NCBI GenBank assembly: GCA_030704615.1
Contig: CM060733.1
Coordinates: forward strand, 74,152,001 to 74,216,000
Direction: 5' to 3'
Source: Takakia lepidozioides
Lineage: Eukaryota > Plantae > Bryophyta
Length of the DNA stretch: 64,000 bases
The translations under genes were made by a program, and so were the position numbers. The notes below the pieces were generated by a model. That model was not told the DNA's origin, searched no databases, and was given only the letters and a program-made list of their open reading frames with translations. Positions 11,801 through 24,944 of this stretch are shown piece after piece. Numbering within the stretch: the stretch's first letter is position 1; each line of letters starts with the position of its first letter.

Positions 11801-13830
11801 GAAGTATTTTGCCACGCAGCCCAAGTTGTCCCCAAAACAACTTAGGTGGCAAGATACTTTGGCGGTGTTCGACGTGGATATCCATTACAAACCGGGACGG
11901 GACAACGTGGTGGCCGATGCTTTAAGTAGAAAGCAGCAGCTCGTGTTGGTGTATAGGGGCGAGACGGCGCTCCAAAGGAAGATCCGGAAGGATGAGCTGG
12001 CGAAGTCCGTGATGCAGGACTTGAGGATGGGGGTTAATTCGCAGTTCCACTTGCAAAATGGACTGCTCCGGTATAAGCAAAAGCGTCTCTACGTGCCGAA
12101 GGGAGGATCAGAGATAGCCTCTTGAGAGAAATGCCATGATAGCCGCTTGCGGGCCACGGCGGAGCCAAGCGCACTGCGGCACTCTTGAAGAAAGAGTATT
12201 TTGGCCCAAACTGAGGGAGGAGGCAGAGGAGTATGTCAAGACATGCACCACATGCCAACAAAACCGGAGCGAGTACAAAAAGCAAGCGGGGCTGTTACAA
12301 CCCTTGCCGATTCCAGAGGGGACTTGGGAAAGCGTCTCGATGGATTTCATGACTGCTATGCCGCTGTCAAAAGGATTCGATGCAATCATGGTGGTGGTGG
12401 ATAGGTTCAGTAAAATGGGCCATTTCATCCCCACCAAGGAGACGACAACGGCGCAGGAAACAGGGCAACTTTACTTCGCCCACGTCTTAAAGCATCATGG
12501 AGTCCCAAAGGATATTGTCTCGGACCGCGATCCAAAGTTTACGAGTAAATTTTGGAGGGCACTTTGGAAGAAGATGGGGACGAGGCTGAAGATGAGCACC
12601 GCCTTCCGACCTACGACCGACGGCCAAACGGAAAGAGTGAATTCCATAGTGAAGCAGATCTTGCGGAATTACATGTCGGCAGACCAAACAAACTGGGTGG
12701 AACACTTAGACGCGGCACAGTTCTGTTATAATAACACAGAACACTCCGCAACGGGAGTTTCCCCTTTCATATTGGTCTATGGAAAAGCACCTCTGGTGCC
12801 GACAAGTTGGGCCGCCCAGGACGTTGAGGTACCGGCAGTAGCGGCGGTACTGGAAGAACGCGAGCGTTTGTTGAAGCTCGCAAAGTACAACATTGCCAAA
12901 GCTAGGAAACGGTATCAAAGGCAGGTGAATCGGAAGCGGAGGGAAGTGAAGTTTGAGGCAGGCACGGAGGTCTGGTTGAACATCAAGAATTTCCGACTAC
13001 CTCCGGAAGTGAGTCCAAAGTTCGTACCTCCGTATGCGGGACCCTTTCACATCCGGAAGGTTATGAATGAGGATGTGTATGAATTGGAGCTGCCGGCAAA
13101 CAGCAAGGTGCATCTTGTATTCCACGTCTCCCTTTTGAAGCCTTACTTCAAAGATGAAGCGCGTCCGAATCGGCATCAAGTGTTGCGTCCGCCACCTGTG
13201 CTGTTGGATCATGAAAATGAACCTGAGTACGAGGTGGAGGTAGTACTTAAGTCGAGGAGGTTCAAGAACCGAGAAACGGAGTATCTCATCAAATGGAAGG
13301 GCTATCATCATGTGGAGGCATCTTGGGTGCGTGCCTCAGAAATGGGAAACGCATCCGAGGCGGTTGCAGTTTTCGAAGGGCGACCTCAAAAGCGGAAGAA
13401 GCGTTGATGGGACATCAACCTTGGAGCGTGGGGGAGGAAATGCATGCTTAGCCCGGCTTAGCTAGCTTAGGAATCCGATTGCAAAAACTTGTATTGTACA
13501 AAAATTTGTTATAAAGGAAATGGGTTCCAAATGTTGTGCGACCTATTTTGTTTGGAATGGTGATGCATGGTGTGGTTGGCTAGTGTGTAGAATGCATGCT
13601 AGCTTACAAAAAGTAGGAGAGGTAAATTAGGTTAATTGTGTGTTTGCGCAGTGCCGAAATCGGGTGACTCCCATCCAAGGGGCAAGGAAACTTGTGTCTT
13701 CTTTAGGAGTTCACGTGCTAGTGCGCACCTGGCGCGTGCGCATACTATAATTGCGCTACCGAGGGGGTTGCTTTGTAGTGCGGGCTAACGCGGAAGCTAC
13801 GTGCTTCTGTTCACGTACTATAATCGTGAG

Positions 13831-13927
13831 TGTCGCGCACCTCACTTTGGTAAGCTCCCCCTCAAGTCATAGTTACTCGCTTTGATACGCGCGCCTGACT
13901 CCCAACCTGGCCGCCGGGCCAACTTGG
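13831..13927 (-). repeat. 97-bp chromovirus LTR end fragment fused to the gag of the DNMT element
   Basis: TGTCGCGCACCTCAC...CCAACTTGG; shares the TTTGAT/CCTGACT variants with the LTRs of copy 2. Confidence 0.88.
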
Positions 13928-13939
13928 TTTCATTCGCCA

Positions 13940-15289
13940 TTGTTGTGGGACGACATGGAGGAGATGTATGGAGCTACCAAGGGGCCTCGTAGGTACTCTG
14001 GAGCTGTGGGCACAATCGAGTTGGATGACTTTATCCAGGAGTTCGACAGCTGGTGTGATTTGCAGCAGATGCGCAATCCACAGCTATTCACCCCATTCAT
14101 GGCGTGGAAGGGACTGTTCCAGCATTTGGAAGGCCCGCCTATGGACGATTACCACGAGTTCAGGCGAGGACATGAAGCAGAAATTGAAGAGTGGAGGATG
14201 TATTGGTCACCTGACTACGTTTCCATTACTCGAGGAACAACACGACCAGTAGCGACATTAGTACCAATATCTCCCACTGCCAGCACTAGTAGTGGAACAA
14301 GTAGTGCCGGTACTTCTGCAGGTGGTACCAGTTCAAAAGGTGCTACTACTCCTCCTGCCATGACTACAACACATGTGCCTAGATTCAACCCGGTGGTGGA
14401 GTTCTTCTAGGAGTTGCGGAGGAACTACCAAGGTGTACGGACAGAGAAGCTGCGAAGTTTGCAAGACTTCCAGCGCAAACCCAATGAGAGCCTGCGAGAG
14501 GCATACACTCGTATGAGGCGCTTGATAAGTGTGACCCAAGGGGTAACTGAAGCTCAGGCAATCCAGTTCTGGTATGACATTTTGGACAAGGAGCTCAAGA
14601 GAAGGGTGCGGGATGCAACCCTGTTACAAGCAGCCCAACCCACATTAGCAGATGTGTTTCTGCTGGCTGAGCGGATTGAGCTCAACATGGTGGAGGAGCG
14701 AGTTGTCACCATTGGATTTGGCAAGGACATGCCTGCACGAGGCGCAACTGCCAGCCCACAGGCACAAGGTACTGCCCAGCAGCGTGGTCAGGGGGGCAAG
14801 GTTTCCCAACCCAAGTTCCATGGAGTTTACAGAGGACCTTAGGTGCAGAGGCCCGTGGCATCTTTTGCAGGCCAACAGCAACCAGGGGTGGTATGTTGGA
14901 CATGTGGAGGACCCCATGTCAAGAAAGATTGCCCAGAGAATGGCAGAAGGCCGGCACAAGCACAGCCTGCACAGTTGCAGTGTGGGCATTGTGACAAGTA
15001 TGGACATGGAGATGCCCAGTGTTATGACTTGCACCCTGAGTTGCGCCCAGGCCAGTTCCAAGGGAACAATGGTGGCCGGGGGCGAGGTGGACCAGCCCAG
15101 AGAGGACGAGGTGGTCGGGCACAAGGTGCAGGCCAAGGGCAAGCTCAACATGGCCAAGGACGCGGAGGTCAGGGTGTTGACCAAGGCATGGCCAATCGGC
15201 TTCAGCAGCTAGAGCAGAGGCTCGCTGCCATGGGCTATAGCTCAGGCGGTACCGGCTCCCAGGCGGGATGGTCCACCTCCTGCTCCTGA
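13940..15289 (+). pseudogene. Gag of the DNMT element, with two zinc knuckles
   Basis: Three ORFs in one frame separated by TAG at 14408 and 14840; FQRKPNESLREAYTRM; CWTCGGPHVKKDC; CGHCDKYGHGDAQC; RGG-rich tail. Confidence 0.85.
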
Positions 15290-15899
15290 GGGTAGAGATA
15301 TGGGAGGCATGGGCTTTATGTGCGGAGCAGCACTACCACTAGAGCAGGTGGAGTCTGCTGCAGCCGTGACTCGAGGAGCAGCACGAGTTCCTGAGCCACG
15401 AGGTGCAGAGGTGGAGTTTGATCCACAACGTGGGGAGGCAAGCCGTCAGGCGAGGCTTCCTCAGTCATTCACATTGGCGGAGACTGTGTCGACGCCATCC
15501 ATGGCACCTAGTTCTCGCCCGACTGTTACCGAGGCGAAGGTTACTATGCCATTGGGGAGAGCTACATGTGCAGCACTGACACCTGCTACCAAGGCTAGTG
15601 CAGCCGGTGTGTTATTGGGGGCAGCCACCTCTGTGTGTCAAGCCCCACTGTTCTTGGCAACCATGATTGCGACGCCGGGGGTAAGGGCAGCTGCAGTGTT
15701 CAGACTAGCAGCAACACTCTGTGAGAGTGGGGAGGTCACTTCATCTTCTGCGGAGTTAGTGGAAGGTGTAGTGGCAGAGGGATCCTCGGATTTGAGGGTC
15801 AAGACTGCCACGGCTGCGCCCTGGCAAGCTGCAACTGCCAGGTTGACGGAGCTGCCAGCTAGGCCAGCCTTTGAGCGCGCCATGGTGACACCTGGAGTT

Positions 15900-16270
15900 G
15901 TCTCGTTAGACAACCAGGATGGCATTTTCTCTTTGAGTGGACCGGCAGGCAAGAAGTACCGGCCACTGCGGGTCTTGTTGGACTCGAGAGCTCAGCCACT
16001 GATGTTGGGCAGGGCTGCTATTGTAGGTTTGGGCCTCATGGAGGCGGATATGGAGCCTTGTCCTTTCCAGATACAGACATCTCTGGGAGGATCAGAGCAG
16101 GCTCGGGGCATGACACGGCATCAGTGGCCATTAGACTGCAGCCGGATCACCCTACAGATGGCTCAGTGATGCGAGCCAAGGCCATTGTGACAAACGGGTC
16201 TCTTACGATGTCCTCGTTGGGGGGCAGTGTTATACCCATGGGCTTCACCCTGGACTTTTGGGAGGAGTCA
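15900..16270 (+). pseudogene. Aspartic protease of the DNMT element
   Basis: RVLLDSRAQPLMLG (a DSG-type motif with G replaced by R, Asp codon at 15981), followed after a frameshift by YDVLVGG. Confidence 0.75.
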
Positions 16271-16685
16271 GCATTCCTGGATGGCAGTCAGGGGATGGTC
16301 GTCGTGCACAGCTCCCTGTGACATTCATTGGGGGTATTGCGGCTGCCCAACGGGGCAAGATGCCAACACTAGCCGCCTTTACAGCTGCAGTTAGTTGGCC
16401 TGGAGAGTTGCTGGAAGGCAATGCCCATGCAGAGGATGTGCCACCTCCAGCAGAGCAGGATGACATGCATGGTATGGCGGAGTTGCCTGCCATAGTTGCT
16501 CACACTCCATTGTGGGGTACGAGCAAGGATTTGCAGCAGGTTGCTGATCGACGGGTGCAACAAGCCTGGGTAGAGGCTTTTGTACCGTCAGGAGAGGAGG
16601 AGAGTGCGGGTATTGCACCAGGACCACCTCAGTTGTCACCATTGGATACCACACCTATTGTGTGGCAGTATATGGATGAAGGCAC

Positions 16686-17620
16686 TTGTTTGGCGGGATC
16701 AGCACCGGATTGGTTGCTGTGCTAGAGGCAGGTATGCGGGTAAGGCGTTACCTGTATGTGGAGAGGGATGAGACTGCACGACGCGTCTCACTGTGCCATG
16801 TGGCTCAGTTGGTACAGCAGTACCCTGACTTGTTGCCTGTGTCTACAGTTCGTGGATACCAACAAGCCTTGCCAGCAGACATTTCCTTGTTGGGGGCGCA
16901 AGATTTGGAGCAGGTTGGCTCCATTGATCTGATAGTGGCAGGTTGGCCCTGCCAAGGGCATTCATCAGCCGGGCATGGCAATGGATTGCGAGACTCGATG
17001 ACGGGTCTGTTTTGGGAGATGGTGCGGGTTTTGCGCCACTTGCAGCTTCATCAAGCTGTATCTCCAGCATACATCTTGGAGAATGTGCCACTGATGGGTG
17101 ATTCTCAGGCCAGGGTGATGGCCAGTGTGCATCAAGTCCGGTCGTGGCTTGGGTCAGCAGTGCTGCTGGATGCAGCTGCAGTGGGATCACGGGCTCATCG
17201 TCCACGGCTTTGGTGGACTAACTTGATGCCACCCGCACTGCTCAAGCGTGCATTTGATGGGGTGCAGCGGCCAGCATACCTCACCGTGGATGGCATTTTG
17301 GACACAGGGATGCAGTCTCAACGTGTGAGACACGATGACCATTTGCCTTTGGCAGTGGTCAACAGGGTGGGTCAACCACGAGGAGCGTTACCTACACTGC
17401 TCAGCTTCCCAGGATCCCATGCTTTTCGGGATGGTGGACCTGGCCTCTTGTGGGATAGCCAGTTGCAACAGTTAGTGGAGCCTAATGCCGACGAGCGAGA
17501 GCGGGCTATGGGATTTTCCATTGGGACCACGGCGGTGCCTTCTCTTCTGAGGCATCACATCGTCAGGTGTTGGGGCAAGCAATGGATCTCAATTGCTTGA
17601 CCTGGATTATCAGCTTGGCT
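16686..17620 (+). pseudogene. C5 cytosine DNA methyltransferase domain, DNMT3-like motifs, inside the retrotransposon pol
   Basis: Motif I FGGISTG; motif II YLYVERD; motif IV DLIVAGWPCQGHS (Cys codon at 16950); motif VI YILENV (17079); motif VIII AHRPRLWWTNL; motif IX ERERAMGF; motif X VLGQAMD after a frameshift at ~17545. Confidence 0.93.
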
Positions 17621-18000
17621 ATGGCTGAGCAACATAGAGTGCGGAGTGCACTTCCCTTGACGGTCTCTCTGCCTACCGAGACGGTACAGGCAGTGAGTGG
17701 GGGCGAGCCGGTGAGGACCACGGGGTGTAGACATCCATGGCACACGTGGGAGGTGCTCGAGGTTCAGAGGGAGTTGGCAGCCAAGGCAGCTGTGATGGAT
17801 GAGGTTGGGGATTCTTCTCGGGATGAGGAGGTTCTCAATGATGAGATGATGGGGCAGGATGAGGCCTTGTCATTGACTGAGCAGGAAGGGAGTACTGCTC
17901 AAGAGGTTGCAGCATAGCAACCACGGACGCGTCCTCTACCTCTAAGCCCACTGGACTTAAGGTTGCAATTACGGAGGACAATTGGGAGCCTGACATTGGA

Positions 18001-21000
18001 TGTCGCGCACCTCACTCCGGTAAGCTCCCCTTCAAGTCCTAGTTACTCGCTTTGATGCGCGCGCCTGACTCCCAACCTGGCCCGCCCGGGCCAACTTGGA
18101 GCTTCGGCTGCTCACCGGGACATAACGGTCCCCCCGCTTCCCTAAACCCTCCACCTATTTGGGACTAGGAGAATTCCCTTTGGTAGATGGCAGTCCGGAA
18201 CAGCTCCCCACTCTTTGGTCGCTTTCCGGCTCGCTCGCTTACTCACTAGTTTTTGGTCACCAACGGGCTTGCACCGTTCTCGGGGTTACTACTCCCTATA
18301 TATACTTCTGTAGCTGTCCGCGGGGGTTTCACAACCAGCCATGCCATTTTATGGCGAACCACCACGAAAACCCTCGACTCCCGGTGGTGTCGCGGTGAGT
18401 CTTGGCCCACTCACCACGGCCCCTATGGACCGTGATGAGTCCCAAGACTCCCCACGACTCCCACCACGAGGTCTCCGCCCCCATGGTGAGTCCTATGCCA
18501 CCCCCACTAAGTCCCACTAAGCTACCACCACCCCTTGTGGAGCCACCCCCAGCCACCCCCACCGCAACCCGGTGTGCGGGGCTCCACCTAGTGAGCGCCT
18601 CCGCTTCCTGAGTGCCTTGGGCACTCAAGGGTGCTTCAGCCCCCCATACCTATCGCTATCGCTGCCCCCCCACCACAGGGGCAGCCCCTCATGTGTCCCG
18701 ACCCCCTGCCCTCAAGGCAAAGGGCCGCGACACACACCCCTACCAACAGGGAGTCGATGTCCTCATCGACTTGTCCATTTTGTAGAAACGAACATCCAAG
18801 TTGTGGCGTCCCACATCAAGGAGTTTGTTTCCGTACCATGGCGTCCCATGGCAAAGAACCAAACCCCACACTTGACTCTACTCTCCACTAGCTAGTTCGG
18901 CCGACTTCCTCCAAGTCCCGGCCAAGGGTGGAGCCTCTCCAGCTCCTCCCAGTGCACTCTTCTTGGCCTACTTCAAGGCCAAGGAACGATCCTCCCCGAG
19001 GATCGAATCGCCTTACTGCAACAACATTGCTTGCGATCGCTCATGATGCCGCTTTTGGCATCACCTTGAGCAAGGGTTCACCTGGAACCCTCTTTGACTA
19101 GGAAGATAACCTTGAACCAACCGTGCGCCCCAATCACTACAATTGGGTCCGCCTTGGAATGCTGGCCTGAGGTACGGGAACACGCCGAAGCCGCACTACG
19201 ACTTCGTCCCGAGGCTACACGATTATAGTACGTGAACGGAAGCACGTAGCTTCCGCGTTAGCCCGCACTACAAGGCAACCCCCTCGGTAGCGCAGTTATA
19301 GTACGCGCACGCGCCAGGTGCGCACTAGCACGTGAACTCCCAAAGAAGGCGCAAGTTTCCTTGCCCCTTGGATGGGAGTCACCGATTTCGGCACTGCGCA
19401 AACACACGATTAACCCAATTTACCTCTCCCACTTTTGTAAGCTAGCATGCATTCTACACACTAGCCAACCACACCATGCATCACCATTCCAAACACAATA
19501 GGACGCACAATATTTGGAACCCATTTCCTTTATAACAAATTTTGTACAATACAAGTTTTTGCAATCGGATTCCTGAGCTAGCTAAACCGGGCTAAGCATG
19601 CATTTCCTCCCCCACGCTCCAAGGTTGATGTCCCCATCAACGCTTCTTCCGCTTTTGAGGTCGCCCTTCGAAAGCTGCAACTGCCTCGGATGCGTTTCCC
19701 ATTTCTGAGGCACGCACCCAAGATGCCTCCACATGATGATAGCCCTTCCATTTGACGAGATACTCCGTTTCTCGGTTCTTGAACCTCCGACTTAAGTATT
19801 GCCTCCACCTCGTACTCAGGTTCATTTTCATGATCCAACAGCATAGGTGGCGGACGCAACACTTGATGCCGATTCGGACGTGCTTCATCTTTGAAGTAAG
19901 GCTTCAAAAGGGAGACATGGAATACTGGGTGCACCTTGCTGTTTGCCGGCAGCTCCAATTCATACACATCCTCATTCATAACCTCCGAATGCGAAAGGGC
20001 CCGCATACGGAGTACGAACTTCGGACTCACTTCCGGAGGTAGTCGAAAATTCTTGATGTTCAACCAGACCTCTGTGCCTGCCTCAAACTTCACTTCCCTC
20101 CGCTTCCGATTCGCCTGCCTTTCATACCGTTTCCTAGCTTTGGCAATGTTGTACTTTGCGAGCTTCAACAAACGCTCGCGTTCTTCCAGTACCGCCGCTA
20201 CTGCCGGTTCCTCAACGTCCTGGGCGGCCCAACTTGTCGGCACCAGAGGTGCTTTTCCATAGACCAACACAAAAGGGGAAACTCCCGTTGCGGAGTGTTC
20301 TGTGTTATTATAAGAACTCTGCCGCGTCTAAGTGTTCCATCCAGTCTGATTGGTCTGCCGACACGTAATTCCGCAAGAATTGCTTCACTACGGAATTCAC
20401 TCTTTCCGTTTGGCCGTCCGTCGTAGGTCGGAAGGCGGTGCTCATCTTCAGCCTCGTCCCCATCTTCTTCCAAAGTGCTCTCCAAATTTACTCGTAAACT
20501 TTGGATCGCGGTCCGAGACAATATCCTTCGGGACTCCATGATGCTTTAAGACGTGGGCGAAGTAAAGTCGCCCTGTCTCCTGCGCCGTTGCCGTCTCCTT
20601 GGTGGGGATGAAATGGCCATTTTACTGAACCTATCTACCACCACCATGATTGCATCGAATCCTTTTGACGGCATAGCAGTCATGAAATCCATCGAGACGC
20701 TTTCCCAAGTCCCCTCTGGAATCGGCAAGGGTTGTAACAGCCCCGCTTGCTTTTTGTACTCGCTCCGGTTTTGTTGGCATGTGGTGCATGTCTTGACATA
20801 CTCCTCTGCCTCCTCCCTCAGTTTGGGCCAGAAATACTCTTTCTTCAAGAGTGCCGCAGTGCGCTTGGCTCCACCGTGGCCCGCAAGCGGGCTATCATGG
20901 CATTCTCTCAAGAGACTATCCCTGATCCCTCCCTTTGGCACATAGAGACGTTTTTGCTTATACCGGAGCAGTCCGTTTTGCAAGTGGAACTGCGATTTAA

Positions 21001-24000
21001 CCCCCATTCTCAAGTCCTGCATCACGGACTTTGCCAGCTCATCCTTCCGGCAAGCCTTCCGGATCTTCCTTTGGAGCGCCGTCTCGCCCTTGTACACCAA
21101 CAAGAGCTGCTGCTTTCTACTTAAAGCATCGGCCACCACATTGTCCCGTCCCGGTTTGTACTGGATATCCACGTCGAACACTGCCAAAGTATCTTGCCAC
21201 CTAAGTTGTTTTGGGGACAACTTGGGCTGCGTGGCAAAATACTTCACCGTGACATTGTCCGTGAACACCTTCACTGGGTTGGAACCAACATAGTGGCGCC
21301 AGAGTTCAAGGCAATGCACCACCGCCTTCATCTCTTTTTCGTGCGTCGGCCACCGTCGCTCCACTTCATTCAGTTTCTTACTTACTTTCGTAAGCCACTG
21401 GACGTCCATCTTGCATAAGTACACCCCCAATCGCGAAGTCCGATGCATCTGTATGAATCTCAAACGGACGATCGAACTCCGGGATTTTCAAGACTGGAGC
21501 TTCCGTCATCCGCTGCTTCAATTCAGCAAAAGCTTGGCCACAAAATGTGTTCCATACCCAGACTTTGGATTTACACAGAAGGTCCGACAGCGGCCCCGCG
21601 ATCTTGGCGAAATTTCTCACATACTTCCGGTAATAGGAGGCGAGTCCTAGGAAGGATCGCACTCCCGGGACCGAAGTCGGAGGCTCCCAGTCCAAGATCG
21701 CCCTCACCTTTCTGTCATCCATTTTGATCCCATCCTGTGTAATCACATGCCCCAAGAACTCCACTTTTGTGACCCCGAATTCGCACTTTGAAGCTTTGGC
21801 ATACAGCTTCCCTTCTCGCAATTTTTGGAACACCCTTTTGAGGTGCTCCAGGTGCTCCTCCTTTGTTTTCGAGTACACCAAGATGTCGTCGATGTACACG
21901 ATCACAAGTCATCCAACCACTCCTGGAAAAGGCTGTTCATCAGCGTGCTAAATGTCGCTGGTGCATTGGTGAGCCCAAAAGGCATCACCAAGAACTCATA
22001 TGAACCATACCTTGTCCTGCACGCGGTCTTCTCCTCATCTCCTTCCGCCACCCGAATTTGGTGATAGCCGGAGCGCAAGTCGATCCGGCTGAAATACTTC
22101 GCTCCTGCCAACCGATCGAAGAGGTCGTCGATCCTTGGCAAAGGGTACCGGTTTTTGATAGTCACCTTATTCAGAGCCCTGTAATCGACACACATCCGCA
22201 GCGTCCCATCCTTCTTGTCTGCAAATAGCACCGGGGCTCCGTAAGGTGACTTACTCGGCCGGATGTACCCCTTTGACATTAGATCCTTGAGCTGAGTCTT
22301 CAGCTCGACCAACTCTCTGTGGCTCAACCGGTAGGCGGTTCCGTCCCGGTATCACCTCAATCTTGTGGTCAACTCCTCTTCGCGGTGGCAAGCCGCTTGG
22401 TAAATCCTCCGGCATCACATCCTGGTATTTCTCCAAAATCCCCTTGATCCAATCTGGGCTCGGCTCCCCATCGCCTTCTCCTTTCACTTCTCTAATGTAA
22501 AGCAAAAACTGGGGCTCGTGTGCCTCCTCCACGGCCCACTCCTTTGCTGACAGAAGGTTTATTCGCCCTCCCACGGATTTGGGCGTTTCCGACACTCGTA
22601 AAACCTCGCCACCATTCCCACATGGCAGCGTGACTACTCTCTTGCGGCCATCTATGACCGCTCCGGATTTGCTCAAAAAGGTCATCCCAAAATGAGATCC
22701 ACTCCATCGATCTCGCAGATAGTGAAGTTCTCACGTCCCTCCCACTCCCCAGTTGAAGAGGAACATCAAACGCCAACCTTGTCGCCAACTGAGGTTCTCC
22801 TTTGGCAGAGCGCACCTCAATAGAGGCCCCCACGTCACTTGTCGGGAGTCCCAACTTTCGCGCCGCCCGGCGTCATGAAGGAGTGCGACGCTCCTGTGTC
22901 CACCAACAACGACACGTTAGTTCCGGATATTATCCCATCCACGAACAATAACTGACTCCCTTTTCGCAGGGCGCCAGTTTCCTGATACAACTCACAAGAA
23001 TAGTTGCCTACCTTGCAAGTCCTGGCGACCACCGCTTCCACCAAGCGACTGATGGTATCTTCCGACAGCTCCGTGGTCGCCCGAGTCATGTTCAATTGCC
23101 GGGGCTTCGTGCACTTCTTGGCCATGTGCCCGGGCTCCCCGCAATTGAAACACACTCCATCAAAGGTCGCCTTCTGTCCGCCATAAGCCGCTCCACCCGC
23201 TTTTCCTTTCGAAGCACCGGGTGCCGCCTTGACGTGAAGGCCCTCCCTTCGATTTCCACGTGCCATTCGCCGCGTGGCCTATCCCACTTCTTTTCCGGTC
23301 GGAAGGAGTCACCTTCCCGCCGGGTCTTCTTGTGGTTCAGCTCCGTACGGCCTTGTCTTTCACCCCTAGGGACATCCGAGAAACATTCAGCCCTCTCAAT
23401 TGCCTCGTTCAAAGTCTTGGGTGGCTTCTCCTCCAACTTCCGCCTGGCCCATGGGGCCAGTCCCGCCACAAAGTTGAAGACCATTTCTGGTTCTGCCATG
23501 TCCGCGACTTCGAGCAACAGCACATTGAAAGCCTGGACATACCCCCGAATGTCATCTGTTTGCTTCAAATTCCTCATCTTGTCCCGGGCAAGCCAGGACG
23601 CGTTGAGGGGCACAAACTGTCTCTTCATCAATTCCTTGAACCCACTCCAGTTCAAGGTTTCCGGGCTTGGGCCTCGGTCGTGAAGGCGTTTCTGCCACCA
23701 TTGTTGAGCATAGCCCCTCAAATAGGTGGGAGCCACTTCCACCCGATCCTCGTCACTCAACTTGGCCGCCCGGAAGTACTGCTCTAGCTCCAGGAGCCAG
23801 GTGTTGAGTGCCTTCCGATTTCGAACGCCCTCGAAGGTGCCGGGTTCCTTAGGCTTCACCTTAAACTTTGCCTTAGTGGAAGTGGCATTAGCCGCCTTCA
23901 ACACGTCTTTCAACGTCCCGCCAAACTGCGCCAACAACCCTTCCCAAAAGGCTGCCGGCATGGGAGGCATCTCTTGGTTTGTCGGAGCTCTCAAGGATTC

Positions 24001-24939
24001 CTCGGGCTCCGACTCCTCGGATTCCTCCCGCTCTGAGCGGCCTCGTTTTCGGAAACATGCATCGCTTCCTCAAACGGCCGCCTCGGTGACACGTCGCCCC
24101 CATCGGGCTCACCGGGATCATCATCTTTTGGGCCGTTCCGCTTTCGCTTCGGCTTGCCCGACCCCATGATGAGGCCAATCCCAAGGACGATCGCGTACTG
24201 AACTCTAAGCTCTGATACCAAGTGTCGCGCACCTCACTTCGGTAAGCTCCCCTTCAAGTCATAGTTACTCGCTTTGATGCGCGCGCCTGACTCCCAACCT
24301 GGCCGCCGGGCCAACTTGGAGCTTCGGCTGCTCACCGGGACATAACGGTCCCCCTTCGCTTCCCTAAACCCTCCACCTATTTGGGACTAGGAGAATTCCC
24401 TTTGGTAGATGGCAGTCCGGAACAGCTCCCCACTCTTTGGTCGCTTCCGGCTCGCTCGCTTACTCACTAGTTTTTGGTCACCAACGGGCTTGCACCGTTC
24501 TCGGGGTTACTACTCCCTATATATACTTCTGTAGCTGTCCGCGGGGGTTTCACAACCAGCCATGCCATTTTATGGCGAACCACCACGAAAACCCTCGACT
24601 CCCGGTGGTGAGTCGCGGTGAGTCTTGGCCCACTCACCACGGCCCCTATGGACCGTGATGAGTCCCAAGACTCCCCACGACTCCCACCACGAGGTCTCCG
24701 CCCCCATGGTGAGTCCTATGCCACCCCACTAAGTCCCACTAAGCTACCACCACCCCTTGTGAGCCACCCCCACCGCAACCCGGTGTGCGGGGCTCCACCT
24801 AGTGAGCGCCTCCGCTTCCTTGAGTGCCTTGGGCACTCAAGGGTGCTCAGCCCCCCATACCTATCGCTGCCGCTGCCCCCCACAGGGGCAGCCCCTCATG
24901 TGTCCCGACCCCCTGCCCTCAAGGCAAAGGGCCGCGACA
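18001..24939 (-). mobile_element. Full-length Galadriel-like chromovirus copy 2, nested in the DNMT element
   Basis: LTRs at 24223-24939 and 18001-18732 share private variants; TSD TTGGA at 17996-18000 and 24940-24944; PBS 24209-24220; gag, protease, RT, RNase H, integrase and chromodomain all present but frameshifted. Confidence 0.97.
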
Positions 24940-24944
24940 TTGGA

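Larger units (their letters stand above)
8013..13828 (+). mobile_element. Ty3/Gypsy chromovirus (Galadriel-like) copy 1: 5' LTR, gag-pol and chromodomain; truncated in the 3' UTR, no 3' LTR
   Basis: Gag with CFNCEKPGHMAKKC; protease LVDTGA; RT YIDD; RNase H TDASD; integrase SMDF/SDRD/GQTE; chromodomain EYEVEVVL...YLIKWKGY. Contains stops and frameshifts. Confidence 0.95.

Noticed and set aside
16686-17600. Stand-alone host DNMT gene or bacterial restriction-modification contamination
   Set aside because: It is embedded between a retroviral-type protease and RT on the same strand, has no start context of its own and no partner endonuclease.
18733-19636. Extra antisense ORF in the long chromovirus 3' region
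   Set aside because: No long frame stays open in this copy, the longest frames in both copies (18733-19636 and 52763-53660) end within ~160 bp, and no domain is recognisable.
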